Positions 48,158-59,401 of a DNA stretch of 64,000 bases are shown here, in pieces (within the stretch, counting starts at the first letter, position 1; every line of letters begins with the position of its first letter). The position numbers and the translations under genes are program-made. The notes beneath the pieces are model-generated. The model ran no database searches and was not told the origin of the DNA. It saw nothing but the letters and a program-made list of their open reading frames with translations. The stretch comes from Desulfobacterales bacterium (GTDB lineage: Bacteria > Desulfobacterota > Desulfobacteria > Desulfobacterales > UBA2174): positions 85,024 to 149,023 of the forward strand of contig CAXXWC010000002.1 of the NCBI GenBank assembly GCA_963668645.2, given 5' to 3'.

Positions 48158-48844
48158 ATGTCCATCGCCGAAAATATCCAAACGGTCCGCACACGGATCC
48201 GCCGGGCCGCCGAGGCCGCCGGCCGCGATCCGGCCGAGGTCGAACTGGTGGCGGTCACCAAGACCCACCCGGCATCCGTGGTGCGCCAGGCCTGGGAGGC
48301 CGGCATCGGGGTGGCGGGTGAAAACTACATCCAGGAGGCCCGGGAAAAGATCACGGCCCTTTCCGATTGCACCCTGCGCTGGCATTTTATCGGCCACTTG
48401 CAGTCCAACAAGGCCCGCCATGCCGTAGACGGCTTCGAGTTGATCCACAGCGTCGACTCGCTCAAGCTGGGGCGCGAAATCTCTAAGCAGGCCGCCAGGA
48501 TAGGCAAGATGCAGCCGATCCTGGTCCAGGTCAACATCAGCCGCGAGGCGACCAAGTCCGGCACGACCCTGGAAGCGGCCGTGGAACTGGTCGCGGCCCT
48601 GGGCCGGCTGGAGAACATTCAGGTCCGGGGCTTGATGACCATGCCCCCTTTTTTCGACCAGCCCGAGCGCGCCCGACCGTATTTCGCGGCCCTGCGCCAA
48701 CTGCGCGACCGGATCCGGGAGGCAAGCCCGGCCGGGGTGGTGATGGCGCATCTTTCCATGGGAATGACGGGTGATTTCGAGGCGGCCATCGCCGAAGGCG
48801 CCACCCTGGTGCGCATCGGCACGGCCATCTTCGGCAAACGCTAG
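48158..48844 (+). CDS. yggS: PLP homeostasis protein
   Basis: VAVTK, GENYIQE, WHFIGHLQSNK, LSMGMT, VRIGTAIFG. Confidence 0.95.
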   Translation: MSIAENIQTVRTRIRRAAEAAGRDPAEVELVAVTKTHPASVVRQAWEAGIGVAGENYIQEAREKITALSDCTLRWHFIGHLQSNKARHAVDGFELIHSVDSLKLGREISKQAARIGKMQPILVQVNISREATKSGTTLEAAVELVAALGRLENIQVRGLMTMPPFFDQPERARPYFAALRQLRDRIREASPAGVVMAHLSMGMTGDFEAAIAEGATLVRIGTAIFGKR

Positions 48845-48896
48845 CAGGAAAACCGATGCCCTTTGGCCGCCGCCCCTGAAAACCGGCAGGTAGTCT

Positions 48897-49490
48897 ATGC
48901 AATCCGGCAAGCTGCAAAAAATTCTGATCCACATCTGCTGCGGTCCCTGTGCCATTACTCCGGTGCAGGCCCTGCGGGACGAGGGCGCCCTGGTGGTGGG
49001 CTTTTTCTACCGCCACAACATCCATCCCTTCACCGAAATGCAGCGCCGCGCCCAGACCCTGGCCGAGTATGCCGAGGGCATCGCGCTGAAGGTGATCTTT
49101 CAGGAAGGCTACGATCTGGAAGGCTTCATCCGCCGGGTGGTCTACCGCGAGGCCAACCGGTGCCCGGTATGTTACCATGACCGGCTGCTGGCAGCAGCCA
49201 GGCTGGCCCGCGCCAGCCGCTTCGACGCGTTTACCACCACCCTTCTCTACAGCAAATTCCAGCGCCACGACCTGATTCGCGAAATCGGCGAGGCGGTGGG
49301 CCGCGAGGTCGGCATCCCCTTTGCCTACCGCGATTTTCGCACCGGCTGGAAGGCCGGCATCGAAGCCTCCAAGCGATTGGGCATGTATCGCCAGCAGTAC
49401 TGCGGATGTATTTACAGCGAAAAGGAGCGTTATGCACAGAAGGCTGGGCAAAGTCAGAATTCCGATGTCAGAAGTCGGAACGTTCTTTAA
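48897..49490 (+). CDS. queH: Epoxyqueuosine reductase QueH (DUF208)
   Basis: HICCGPC, NIHP, RCPVCY, YRQQYCGC. Confidence 0.9.
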   Translation: MQSGKLQKILIHICCGPCAITPVQALRDEGALVVGFFYRHNIHPFTEMQRRAQTLAEYAEGIALKVIFQEGYDLEGFIRRVVYREANRCPVCYHDRLLAAARLARASRFDAFTTTLLYSKFQRHDLIREIGEAVGREVGIPFAYRDFRTGWKAGIEASKRLGMYRQQYCGCIYSEKERYAQKAGQSQNSDVRSRNVL

Positions 49491-49516
49491 AGCAGCCTTC
49501 TTTTCGTATTTCGATC

Positions 49517-51355
49517 ATGTTCGGAAATTTCCTCTACTTCATCGTCGTACTGCTGATCTACAGTACCTACCAGCCGCCTGAAAGCCCCCTCCTGCCGGTC
49601 GGAGAGGCCCTGGCCGGGGCCGTGGGCCTCTTGCTCTTTTTCGCCGCCTACGCCCTTCTGGCCTTCGGCCGTTTGGGAAAAAAACTGGAACGCCTGGGGC
49701 CGGCGGCGGCCGATGTGCGGCACTCGGCCCTGGTCACCCGCCTCTGCGTGCTGGCCGTGGCCCTGTTCGCAGTGGATGTTTACGGGCTGAATCTGCCGGC
49801 CTACCTCTCCGGTCTGCCCGGCCTGCGGGTCCTGCCCACCCTCCAGGCCCTGCTTTTTCTCGTGCTGTTCATCGGCTATCTGGCCATCGGGTGGGCTGCC
49901 GCCCATCCGACCCACGACCGGATTTTCCGCACCCGAACATCCCGCCGTGGATACGTGGCCGCCAATATCGCCTTCGGCATTCCGGTGATTCTGCCCTGGC
50001 TGGTCCTCTCGGGGGTGGCCGACCTGATCGAACTGCTCCCTTTTGAAGCCCCCCGGCGCTGGCTGACCTCCCCGGCCGGAGAGATGGGCTACTTTCTGTT
50101 TTTCCTCATCCTGGTGGCCGTCACCGGCCCGGTCCTGATCCGCCGTTTCTGGCGCTGCCGGCCCCTGGCCGAAGGACCCGATCGCCGGCGCATCGCGGCG
50201 GTCTGCCAGCGCGCCGGTCTGCGGTTTGCCGAAATCCTCGACTGGCCCCTCTTCGAGGGACGCATGATCACCGCCGGGGTCATGGGCCTGGTGCGCCGCT
50301 TTCGCTACATCCTGGTCACCCGGGCCATGCTGGCCTACCTGGCCCCCGAGGAGATCGAACAGGTCATCGCCCACGAGGTCGGTCACGTCAAACGCCACCA
50401 CCTGACCTTCTACCTGCTCTTTCTGACAGGGTACCTGGTTCTGGCCTATGCCGCCTTCGACCTGGTGATCTACGCCCTGCTTTACGCCAGGCCGATCCAT
50501 TGGCTGTCGGCCGCCGGTGCCAGCGATCCGACCCGGTTGGCTTCGATACTGCTCAACGGCTGCATGGTGGTCCTTTTCCTGCTCTATTTTCGTTTTATTT
50601 TCGGCTATTTCATGCGCAACTTCGAACGCCAGGCCGACCTGTACGTCTACCGGCTCTACGACGATGCGCGGCCGCTCATCGCCACCCTGGTCAAGATCGC
50701 CGCAACCAGCGGCATTGCGCCGGAAAAACCCAACTGGCATCACTTTTCCATCCGCCAGCGCGTCGACTACCTGCTGCGGTGCCAGGCCGATCCGGCCTGG
50801 ATCAACCGCCATGACCGCAAGGTACGCCGCAGCCTCGCCGTCTATCTGACGGCCTTGGTCCTGGTGAGCATCACGGCCTGGCAGCTCAACTTCGGTGCGG
50901 CGGGCCGCCAACTCAACCGGCACCTGCTGCAGACCATCGTCAGCGAAGAACTGGCCCGCGATCCGCGCCAACCCGACCTGCTGGTCCTGCTCGGCGATCT
51001 TCACTACCAGCACCATGACCTGAAGCAGGCCGCCGAAGCTTACGAGCAGGCCGTGGTCCTGGACCCGAACCATCCCCAGGGGCTCAACAATCTGGCCTGG
51101 CTTTACGCCACCGGTCCCGTACCGGATTTGCGCCACCCGGCCCGGGCCCTTGAACTGGCCCTGCGGGCGGCGGCGCTCGACCCAGCCCCCCACGTTCTGG
51201 ACACCCTGGCGGAAAGCTACTACGTCAACGGGCGCTATGCCGAGGCCGTGGCGGCGGGGCGCCGGGCGCTTGAGGCCGCCGAGGAGAAAAATCGGGCCTA
51301 TTTCGAGAGGCAGTTGGAGAAGTTTGGCAAGGCTCGGGAGGGGGCTAAAGAGTGA
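49517..51355 (+). CDS. M48 family membrane metallopeptidase with TPR repeats
   Basis: HEVGH, FERQAD, TM segments, C-terminal TPR (LNNLAW, LDTLAE). Confidence 0.9.
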   Translation: MFGNFLYFIVVLLIYSTYQPPESPLLPVGEALAGAVGLLLFFAAYALLAFGRLGKKLERLGPAAADVRHSALVTRLCVLAVALFAVDVYGLNLPAYLSGLPGLRVLPTLQALLFLVLFIGYLAIGWAAAHPTHDRIFRTRTSRRGYVAANIAFGIPVILPWLVLSGVADLIELLPFEAPRRWLTSPAGEMGYFLFFLILVAVTGPVLIRRFWRCRPLAEGPDRRRIAAVCQRAGLRFAEILDWPLFEGRMITAGVMGLVRRFRYILVTRAMLAYLAPEEIEQVIAHEVGHVKRHHLTFYLLFLTGYLVLAYAAFDLVIYALLYARPIHWLSAAGASDPTRLASILLNGCMVVLFLLYFRFIFGYFMRNFERQADLYVYRLYDDARPLIATLVKIAATSGIAPEKPNWHHFSIRQRVDYLLRCQADPAWINRHDRKVRRSLAVYLTALVLVSITAWQLNFGAAGRQLNRHLLQTIVSEELARDPRQPDLLVLLGDLHYQHHDLKQAAEAYEQAVVLDPNHPQGLNNLAWLYATGPVPDLRHPARALELALRAAALDPAPHVLDTLAESYYVNGRYAEAVAAGRRALEAAEEKNRAYFERQLEKFGKAREGAKE

Positions 51356-51387
51356 AAGCGGAGAGTAAAAGAAAACCGGAAAACAGC

Positions 51388-51441
51388 GTCAAATCGGTCA
51401 GATCAGACCGATCCGTCAGATCCGTCTGATCTGACGATGCC
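51388..51441. repeat. Nonamer tandem repeat with internal hairpin
   Basis: GTCAAATCG GTCAGATCA GACCGATCC GTCAGATCC GTCTGATCT GACGATGCC between convergent genes. Confidence 0.7.
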
Positions 51442-51445
51442 TTCC

Positions 51446-53770
51446 TTAAAGCGTCACCTTGCGCACCTGGATCAGATCCAACATCCCGCTGAAAATCTTT
51501 CCGATCCCGTCCTGGCGCAGGATCGTCATGCCATCCTTGATGGCCTGGTTGCGGATCTCTTCCATCGGTTTGACCAGCTGGATCAGTTTTTTCATCGCCG
51601 GGGTTCCCATGAGCAGTTCGTGAATCCCGCAACGGCCGCGATAACCGGTGTTGTTGCACCGATCACAGCCAACCGGGCGGTTGAGGCGCAATTCATTGTT
51701 CAGCGGCAGGCCGAGGTGCTGATCGAAGGCCTGCTGGCCGCCGTATTCGCGCACCAGTTCATCATACTCTTTCTGGCCCGGCAGGTAGCTCTCCTTGCAA
51801 TCCTTGCACAGGGTGCGTGCCAGACGCTGGGCGAGGATCCCGAGAATGGCGTCGGCGAAATTGAAGGGGTCCATTCCCATATCGAGCAGGCGGGTGATGC
51901 TTTCGGGCGCACTGTTGGTATGCAGGGTGGAAAAGACCAGATGGCCGGTAAGAGAGGCTTCGATGCCGATGGAGGTCGTCTCCTTGTCGCGCATTTCACC
52001 CACCATGATCACGTCCGGGTCGGCACGCAAAAAGGAGCGCATGGCCATGGAAAAATCGAAACCGATCTTGGGGTGAACCTGGACCTGGCGCAGGCCGCGC
52101 TGGGTGATTTCCACCGGATCCTCGGCGGTCCAGATCTTGGTCTCGGTCTTGTTGATTTGTCCCAGGGCCGAGTGCAAGGTGGTGGTCTTGCCCGAGCCGG
52201 TGGGGCCGCAAACGAAAATCAGGCCATAGGGGCGATTGATGATGTTGGAGAATTTTTCGTAGTTTTGAGACGTCAGCCCCAGCTTGTCCAGCGGGATCGG
52301 CTCGCCTGCAGCCAGGATACGCAGGACCACGTCTTCCATTCCACCCTGGGTCGGCACGGTGGCGACCCGCAGCTCCACGTCCAGCCCGCTGTATCTCTTG
52401 AACCGGATCTTGCCGTCCTGGGGTTTGCGCCGTTCGGCGATATCCAGGTCGCTCATGATCTTGATGCGCGACACGATGGCATTGCGAAAGGCAAAGGGGA
52501 TGGTCTGATAGACCTGACAGGCGCCGTCGATGCGAAACCGCACCACCGTGTTATGTTTGCCCGGGTAGGGTTCGATATGGATGTCCGAGGCACCGCGGTT
52601 GTAGGCATCGACGATCATCTTGTTGACCAGCTGCACCACGGCGCTGTCTTCCTCGCCCACCCCGGTCTCGGCCTCTTCGATTTCAAGCTCCTCGGCCCCG
52701 AGCTGGCTGAGGATTTCATCCATGGATGCGAGTTCCCTCTCATCCTGGATGAACAAGGAGATATACTGCTCGATGTCTTCGCGCAGGGCCACCGCGAAAG
52801 CCAACTGTTGGCCGCTGAAGAGCATCCGGATGTTGTCGGCTCGCTGCAGGTCGTGGGGATTGTCGATGGCCACCAGGACCTTGCCCTCTTCGACCCGCAA
52901 CGGCACGAACGCGTTGCTTTTCATGAAGAGGACCTTGACCTTGGAGAGCAGCTCGCCGGGGATGGGGGCGTTTTTGTTGTACTCGATGAAGGGGACTTTA
53001 TAAAACTTGCTCAGCGATTTGCCGATTTCATACTTGGGAACCTTGAAGTCGGCCATCAGGATTTTTTCGATCGGTTCGCGCCGTTGGCGGGCCTCGGCCA
53101 CCGCCTTGTCCAGTTCCTTCTGGGTCAGGATATGGTTTTCCAGGATATAATCGAACTTGGTGGGCCGGCTGCGCGCCATGCGCTTCTGGTTGTACAGGGC
53201 GATACCCAGGATCTTGGCCACTTCCTGGACGGCCCGTTCATCCTCGTCGACAAACCGGTCCACCTCCCCGGTACGGTTGATCAACTGGATGGCACCCAGC
53301 AAAAACTGCCTGTAGATCACCGGGCAGACCAGGACGGCATGGGTCCGGAAACCGGTGCGTTCATCCCAGCTGTGGTCGAAGCGCAACTGGGGGTCGACCT
53401 GCTTCAGGGCCCTGTCGTCATAGGCATCCACGATGTTGACGATCCGCTGTTTGAAGGCCGCATATCCCGAAAGGCTGCTGGGTGTGATGGGCACGCGGAT
53501 CTCGGCCACTTCGTCGCCGGATTTGAAGCGTGACACCAATTCGCGGCGCTTGCCGTCCACCACGTAAATCGTGATGCGCTGGGCTTCGAACAGACCGGTG
53601 ATTTCGTCTTTCAGATCGATGAGGATTTCATCGAGGTTCTTGGCGGCGTAAATCTTGTTGCAGATATCCTGGAGCAGGGTGCGGTATTCGACCTCTGACT
53701 GAAGGTTCCTGACATCGTCATTCGGGCTGTCTGCAAGGGCAGCAGTTTGGGTGGCTGGTGGCACCGTCAT
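51446..53770 (-). CDS. GspE/PilB family ATPase with N-terminal GAF domain
   Basis: GPTGSGKTT, AEDPVE, RADPDVIMVGEMRD, TGHLVFSTLHTN; GAF-like FDHSWDERTGFRT. Confidence 0.92.
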   Translation of the reverse strand: MTVPPATQTAALADSPNDDVRNLQSEVEYRTLLQDICNKIYAAKNLDEILIDLKDEITGLFEAQRITIYVVDGKRRELVSRFKSGDEVAEIRVPITPSSLSGYAAFKQRIVNIVDAYDDRALKQVDPQLRFDHSWDERTGFRTHAVLVCPVIYRQFLLGAIQLINRTGEVDRFVDEDERAVQEVAKILGIALYNQKRMARSRPTKFDYILENHILTQKELDKAVAEARQRREPIEKILMADFKVPKYEIGKSLSKFYKVPFIEYNKNAPIPGELLSKVKVLFMKSNAFVPLRVEEGKVLVAIDNPHDLQRADNIRMLFSGQQLAFAVALREDIEQYISLFIQDERELASMDEILSQLGAEELEIEEAETGVGEEDSAVVQLVNKMIVDAYNRGASDIHIEPYPGKHNTVVRFRIDGACQVYQTIPFAFRNAIVSRIKIMSDLDIAERRKPQDGKIRFKRYSGLDVELRVATVPTQGGMEDVVLRILAAGEPIPLDKLGLTSQNYEKFSNIINRPYGLIFVCGPTGSGKTTTLHSALGQINKTETKIWTAEDPVEITQRGLRQVQVHPKIGFDFSMAMRSFLRADPDVIMVGEMRDKETTSIGIEASLTGHLVFSTLHTNSAPESITRLLDMGMDPFNFADAILGILAQRLARTLCKDCKESYLPGQKEYDELVREYGGQQAFDQHLGLPLNNELRLNRPVGCDRCNNTGYRGRCGIHELLMGTPAMKKLIQLVKPMEEIRNQAIKDGMTILRQDGIGKIFSGMLDLIQVRKVTL

Positions 53771-53883
53771 GCGGGTAACCTCCTAGACGGGCTGTCGGTT
53801 TTCACCATCGGGCGCCTGAGCGGCAGAATCCGCCCCGCCGATATCGCCTGGCACCAGGCGCGTTGGTGTCATCAAACAGACAC

Positions 53884-54126
53884 TCAATCCTCGGCAGAAG
53901 GCCGGTATCCGGTCCGGCAGTGGTAATAAATTTTGCGGGCTCCACCGCCCACCAACAGGACCCCCATCAGGTAAAAACAAAACTGAATGAAACCGGAAAT
54001 GGCCGCAAACGATTCAATTTCTAGAATGCGGGGCATCACCTGGGGAATGCGAAAAAAGACGCCGATCCCCGCCGCCAGCAGGGCAGCTCCCCAGACAAGT
54101 TGAAATGTGGCTTTAGGGTCCGCCAT
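53884..54126 (-). CDS. Small hypothetical membrane protein
   Basis: 80 aa with two hydrophobic segments. Confidence 0.65.
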   Translation of the reverse strand: MADPKATFQLVWGAALLAAGIGVFFRIPQVMPRILEIESFAAISGFIQFCFYLMGVLLVGGGARKIYYHCRTGYRPSAED

Positions 54127-54284
54127 TTCACGACTGCTAAGGGATGTTGAAAAAATAAACCAGACCCGCCGTTCGTCCCGGTTGGTCTGCCTGTGAAACG
54201 GCTTTGACCCTAACGCAAACCGGCCTTATCTGTCAATGCGCACCCAACCCGCACCCAAAAGGCCCAAATCGGTGTGCCCGCTCC

Positions 54285-55540
54285 TCAGGCGGTTGTCCCG
54301 TCCGGGAAGCTGGAGCGCTCCTTGAGGCGCACCGTCACCGGAACCCCCAGCCGTTCGTGCAGATGGTCGGCGACGGCCAGCATCCGCTTTTCAAGCATCT
54401 TGATTTCGTCGGAAAAGAGCCGATCGTCGACGCCGATCCAGACCTCCAGCAGCCGTCGTCCCTGCTGGCGGTTGACGAACACCTGCTGGCGGTCCGGTGA
54501 AAAACCGAGGGCCGCGGCGATGTGGGCCGACACCTGATCGCGGTGCAGCTTGACGCCGCGCAGCACCATGAGTTGATCCGTGCGCCCGTCGAGCCAGTCG
54601 ATGCGTACCCCGTCAGCGCCGCAGGGGCACGCATCGGCCACCAGCCGGGCCCGATCGCCGGTGCGAAAACGGATCAGGGGCATGGCGCGGGCCGAGAGCG
54701 TGGTGAGCACCAATTCCCCCTCGCTTCCGGCCGGCAGTCCCCGGCCGCTTTGGGGGTCGATGATCTCGGGCAGAAAATGCTCGTCATGGACGTGCAAGCC
54801 GTTGTGTTCGGCGCACTCGTAGGCCAGGGCCGCTCCGGGAACCTCGGCCAGCCCGTAATGAATCCAGGTGGTCACATGCAGCTTTTCCTCCAGGCCGGCG
54901 CGTGCGTCCGGGTCGGGCGGCTCGCCCACCAGGATCAGGGTTTTGAGCGAAAGCTGGGTCGGATTCATGCCCGCCTCGTACAGATGCTCGGCAATTTGCA
55001 GCGCGTAGGCCGGGGTGGTCACCAGCACGCTGATCTTGTAATCGCGCAGCACCATAAGCTGCTTTTCGCACGAAATCAGGGAATTGGGAACCACGCTGGC
55101 CCCCAGGGCCTCGGCCCCGCTCTTGTAGTCCCGGCCCCAATCGTTGAGCCCCGGATCCAGGCTGATCTGCAAAATGTCGTCGCAGCACAGTCCCGCCGCC
55201 GCCAGGCTGCGCGACACCATCTCGCTCCAATGGTTCAGATCCTGGGCCGTGTAGCCGCTCACCGAAGGATTCAGCGAGGTGCCCGGCGCGGTGTGGATCC
55301 GCACGATGTCCCGCAGGGGCACGGCAAAAAGACCGTAGGGATAGTTCTCCCCGAGATGCCCGCGGGTCATGAACGGCAGCCGGTCAAGATCGGCCAGGGA
55401 CTCGATGGCGGTGGGATCAACGCCGTTGCGCCGCAACCGTTGCTGGTGAAAAGGGACGCTACGAAAGGCGCGGTTCAGGGTGCTTTGGAGGCGCTCCAAC
55501 TGCCGCTGGGCCCGCTCTTCAAGGTCGCCGGATGGCATGC

Positions 55541-55544
<4 letters not shown>
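54285..55544 (-). CDS. Phenylacetate-CoA ligase family protein
   Basis: YPYGLFAVP, YGLAEV, HFLPEIIDP, PLIRFRTGD; the P-loop is degenerate (HTAPGTS). Confidence 0.85.
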
Positions 55545-56280
<736 letters not shown>

Positions 56281-56287
<7 letters not shown>

Positions 56288-56997
56288 ACCGAACCTGCCC
56301 AAGAACCGTTTTGAATATGTGCCCCGCCTGGGGCGCCGATGGGATCCGCCCCCTTGTTCAAGGCCCGGCGCAAGCGTTGCAGAAACGCTTCGCGCCGCAT
56401 CTCCCGGGCCCCGAAGCGCGCCAGATGCGCGGTGGTCACCTGGCAGTCGATTAGCGAGAAGCCCAGGTCGGCCAAATGCCGCACCAGGTAGACCAGGCCG
56501 GCCTTGGAAGCGTCGCTGGTCCGGTGAAACATCGATTCACCGAAAAAGCACCCGCCCAGGGCGACCCCGTAAAGCCCTCCCACCAGCCGCCGATCCTGCC
56601 AGACTTCCACCGAATGGGCATAACCGGCCTGGTGCAGGTGAATATAGGCCGCGATCATCTCGGGCACCAGCCAGGTGCCGCTCTGGCGCCGATCCGCAGC
56701 GCAGGCGTGAATCACGGCGATGAAATCACGGTTCAGGCTGAACCGGAACCGGCCGCCATTGAGGATTCGCCGCAAAGACCGGGGCACGTGCAAGTCCCCT
56801 GGAAGCAGCACCAGGCGCGGATCCGGCGACCACCAAAGAATCGGCTCGCCCGGCGAGTACCAGGGAAAGATGCCGTTGCGGTAGGCCAGCAAAAGCCGCT
56901 CCACCGTCAGATCGCCGCCGACGGCGAGCAATCCTTCGGGGAGCGCCTCTTCCACCGGCGGAAACCGCAGGCGCTGATCAAGCCAAAAAACCGGCAT
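56281..56997 (-). CDS. aat: Leucyl/phenylalanyl-tRNA--protein transferase
   Basis: [39 protein letters not shown]. Confidence 0.95.
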
Positions 56998-57138
56998 TCC
57001 GTCCTCCGGCCAAAGCCGTTTGCTGCCGTCCTGGAACCGTTTGCACCGATTCCCGGGCTGAGGTATCATAGCGGCGATTGAACTTGCCTGCAACGGCCCG
57101 GCCTGCGCCGGGCGGAATCGAACCGCCATTCTTTTACC

Positions 57139-58542
57139 ATGCGCATCGCATTTGTGCACTACCATCTCAAGCCGGGCGGGGTGACCACCGTGATCCGCCG
57201 CCAGATCGAGGCCCTGGAAGGGGCGGCCGAGGTCATGGTGCTCAGCGGCGAGCCGGTTCCGGAAGGATTTCCCGCAACCGCTGTCCACGTGCCGGGTTTG
57301 GCCTACGATCGGCTGCGCGATCCGGCCTGGACCGCCGGCCGCCTGGCCGATGCCATGATGCGGGCCGTTATGGACCACTGGCCCGGCGGCTGCGATCTGA
57401 TGCATGTGCACAACCCGACCCTGGCCAAGAACCGCCTGCTGACCGAAACCCTTGAAAGACTGAAAAACCAGGGCGTTTCCCTTTTTTTGCATATCCACGA
57501 CTTTGCCGAAGACGGCCGTCCCGAGGCCTATGGGGCCGCCCCCTACCCGGAAGACTGCCACTACGCGGTGCTCAACCGCCGCGATCTGGACCTGCTGCGC
57601 CGGGCCGGGCTGACTGCCGAGGGGGTTCACCTGCTGCCCAATCAGGTGGCGGCCCCGGCCCCGGCTGGCCCGCACGGCGCGCTCGGCAGTCATGTGCTCT
57701 ACCCGGTGCGCGCCCTGCGGCGCAAGAACATCGGCGAAGCCCTGCTCTGTTCCTGCTTTCTGCCGGCCGAAACGGTCCTGGCGATCACCCTGGGGCCCAA
57801 CAGTTCCGCCGACCGGGACCCTTACCGTTTCTGGCAGGACTTTGCGGCCCGCCATTGCCTGGCGGTGGTTTTCGAAGCCGGTATAAACCACGATTTTGCC
57901 CATCTGATGCAGACGGCCCGCTTTCTGATCACCACCAGCGTCAGCGAAGGATTCGGGTTCGCCTTTCTCGAACCCTGGACCGCGGGAAAGCTTCTTTGGG
58001 GACGGAATCTGGGTGTTTGTGAGGATTTTGCCGCCAACGGGGTCGATCTGGACCATCTTTATCCCGCCCTGAAGGTCCCCACCGAATGGCTCGACTGCAG
58101 GGTTTGGCAGCGGGCCTGGATAAGGGCCTGGAACCGTTCGCGGACCGCTTTTGGACGACCGGCCGACCCCCAGAGGGCTGAAGCGCATTTTCAGGCTTTG
58201 GCCGCAGCCGAGACCGTCGACTTGGCGCTTTTAAATGAACCGCTGCAGGCCGGGATCATCGTCCGATGCCGCCAATCGGACCATGACCGGGCCGAGTTGA
58301 CCGCCCTCAACCCTTTTCTGGCCCGCCCCGGGAAGGTGCCTCAAGCCGCAGCCCTTATCGCGGCCAACGCCGCGTCCGTGGCCCGCCACTACGGCCGCGA
58401 GGCCGACCGCCGCCGCCTGCTGGCGGCCTACGACCGGGCCCGACGGCCGGTGGTGCACCGGATCGACCGGGACCGGCTGCTGGATGCCTTTTGGGCCCAA
58501 ACGCCGTTCAGCCTGCTGCGATGGGGATCATGGACCGATTGA
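57139..58542 (+). CDS. GT-B (family 4-like) glycosyltransferase
   Basis: [32 protein letters not shown]. Confidence 0.82.
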   Translation: MRIAFVHYHLKPGGVTTVIRRQIEALEGAAEVMVLSGEPVPEGFPATAVHVPGLAYDRLRDPAWTAGRLADAMMRAVMDHWPGGCDLMHVHNPTLAKNRLLTETLERLKNQGVSLFLHIHDFAEDGRPEAYGAAPYPEDCHYAVLNRRDLDLLRRAGLTAEGVHLLPNQVAAPAPAGPHGALGSHVLYPVRALRRKNIGEALLCSCFLPAETVLAITLGPNSSADRDPYRFWQDFAARHCLAVVFEAGINHDFAHLMQTARFLITTSVSEGFGFAFLEPWTAGKLLWGRNLGVCEDFAANGVDLDHLYPALKVPTEWLDCRVWQRAWIRAWNRSRTAFGRPADPQRAEAHFQALAAAETVDLALLNEPLQAGIIVRCRQSDHDRAELTALNPFLARPGKVPQAAALIAANAASVARHYGREADRRRLLAAYDRARRPVVHRIDRDRLLDAFWAQTPFSLLRWGSWTD

Positions 58543-59399
58543 AACAGATCCTGGCCCAATGGCCTTTTGCGCCCCTGAGTCCCCTGCCCACCTCGCTCGG
58601 GGCCGGCGGTCGACTGCGCCGGCCGATCCGGGCCGTGCTTTTCGATGTCTACGGCACCCTGCTGATCAGCCGTGCAGGAGAGATCTCCCTGGCGCAAAAC
58701 GAGGTGCTCCCGGCCGCCGCAGATGCGGCCCGGCTGCCGTCCCGCCTGGGACTCGATATCCCGGCGGCGGTGATCGGCCGGCGCCTGAAATCCCTGATTC
58801 TTGACCGGCACACATCCCTGCACGCCGCGGGCATCGACGTGCCCGAGGTCGAGATCGACCGGGTCTGGATGGCCTTGCTGGGCGCCGGCAGCCGGCAGCG
58901 CGCCCGGGAAGCGGCCCTGGTCTGGGAACTGACCGTCAATCCGGTCTGGCCCATGCCCGGGGCCCCCGAGATCCTGGACGCCTGCCGCCGCGCCGGGCTG
59001 GTGCTGGGCATCGTCTCCAATGCCCAGTTCTTCACCCCTCTGGTTCTGGAACGCCTCCTGGGCGCCAGCCTGGACGAGCTGGGCTTCGACCCCCGGCTGC
59101 AGATTTTTTCCTACCGTCTGGGCCGGGCAAAACCCTCGCCGGTGCTTTTCGAAGCGGCCGCCGGGGCCCTGCGCTGCATGGGCATCCAGACCCCGTCGGC
59201 CCTCTATGTGGGCAACGACATGCGCAACGATGTCTGGGCCGCGGGCCGGGCCGGCTTTCAGACGGCCCTTTTTGCCGGTGATGCCCGTTCGCTGCGCACC
59301 CGCGACGAGGGCGGCCTCTGCGGCGCTTGCCCCGATCTGGTGGTCGACGGTTTGAACCGGCTCTCGGACCACCTTTCGAGCCTTTCCAAGGAGCTTTGA
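58530..59399 (+). CDS. HAD-superfamily hydrolase
   Basis: FDVYGTL, VSNA, AKP, YVGNDMRND. Confidence 0.88.
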   Translation: MDRLKQILAQWPFAPLSPLPTSLGAGGRLRRPIRAVLFDVYGTLLISRAGEISLAQNEVLPAAADAARLPSRLGLDIPAAVIGRRLKSLILDRHTSLHAAGIDVPEVEIDRVWMALLGAGSRQRAREAALVWELTVNPVWPMPGAPEILDACRRAGLVLGIVSNAQFFTPLVLERLLGASLDELGFDPRLQIFSYRLGRAKPSPVLFEAAAGALRCMGIQTPSALYVGNDMRNDVWAAGRAGFQTALFAGDARSLRTRDEGGLCGACPDLVVDGLNRLSDHLSSLSKEL

Positions 59400-59401
59400 C
59401 C

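Noticed and set aside
56998..58188. N-terminal extension making aat a 635-aa fusion
   Set aside because: The extension is antisense to the glycosyltransferase; Aat homology starts at MPVFWL (56997).
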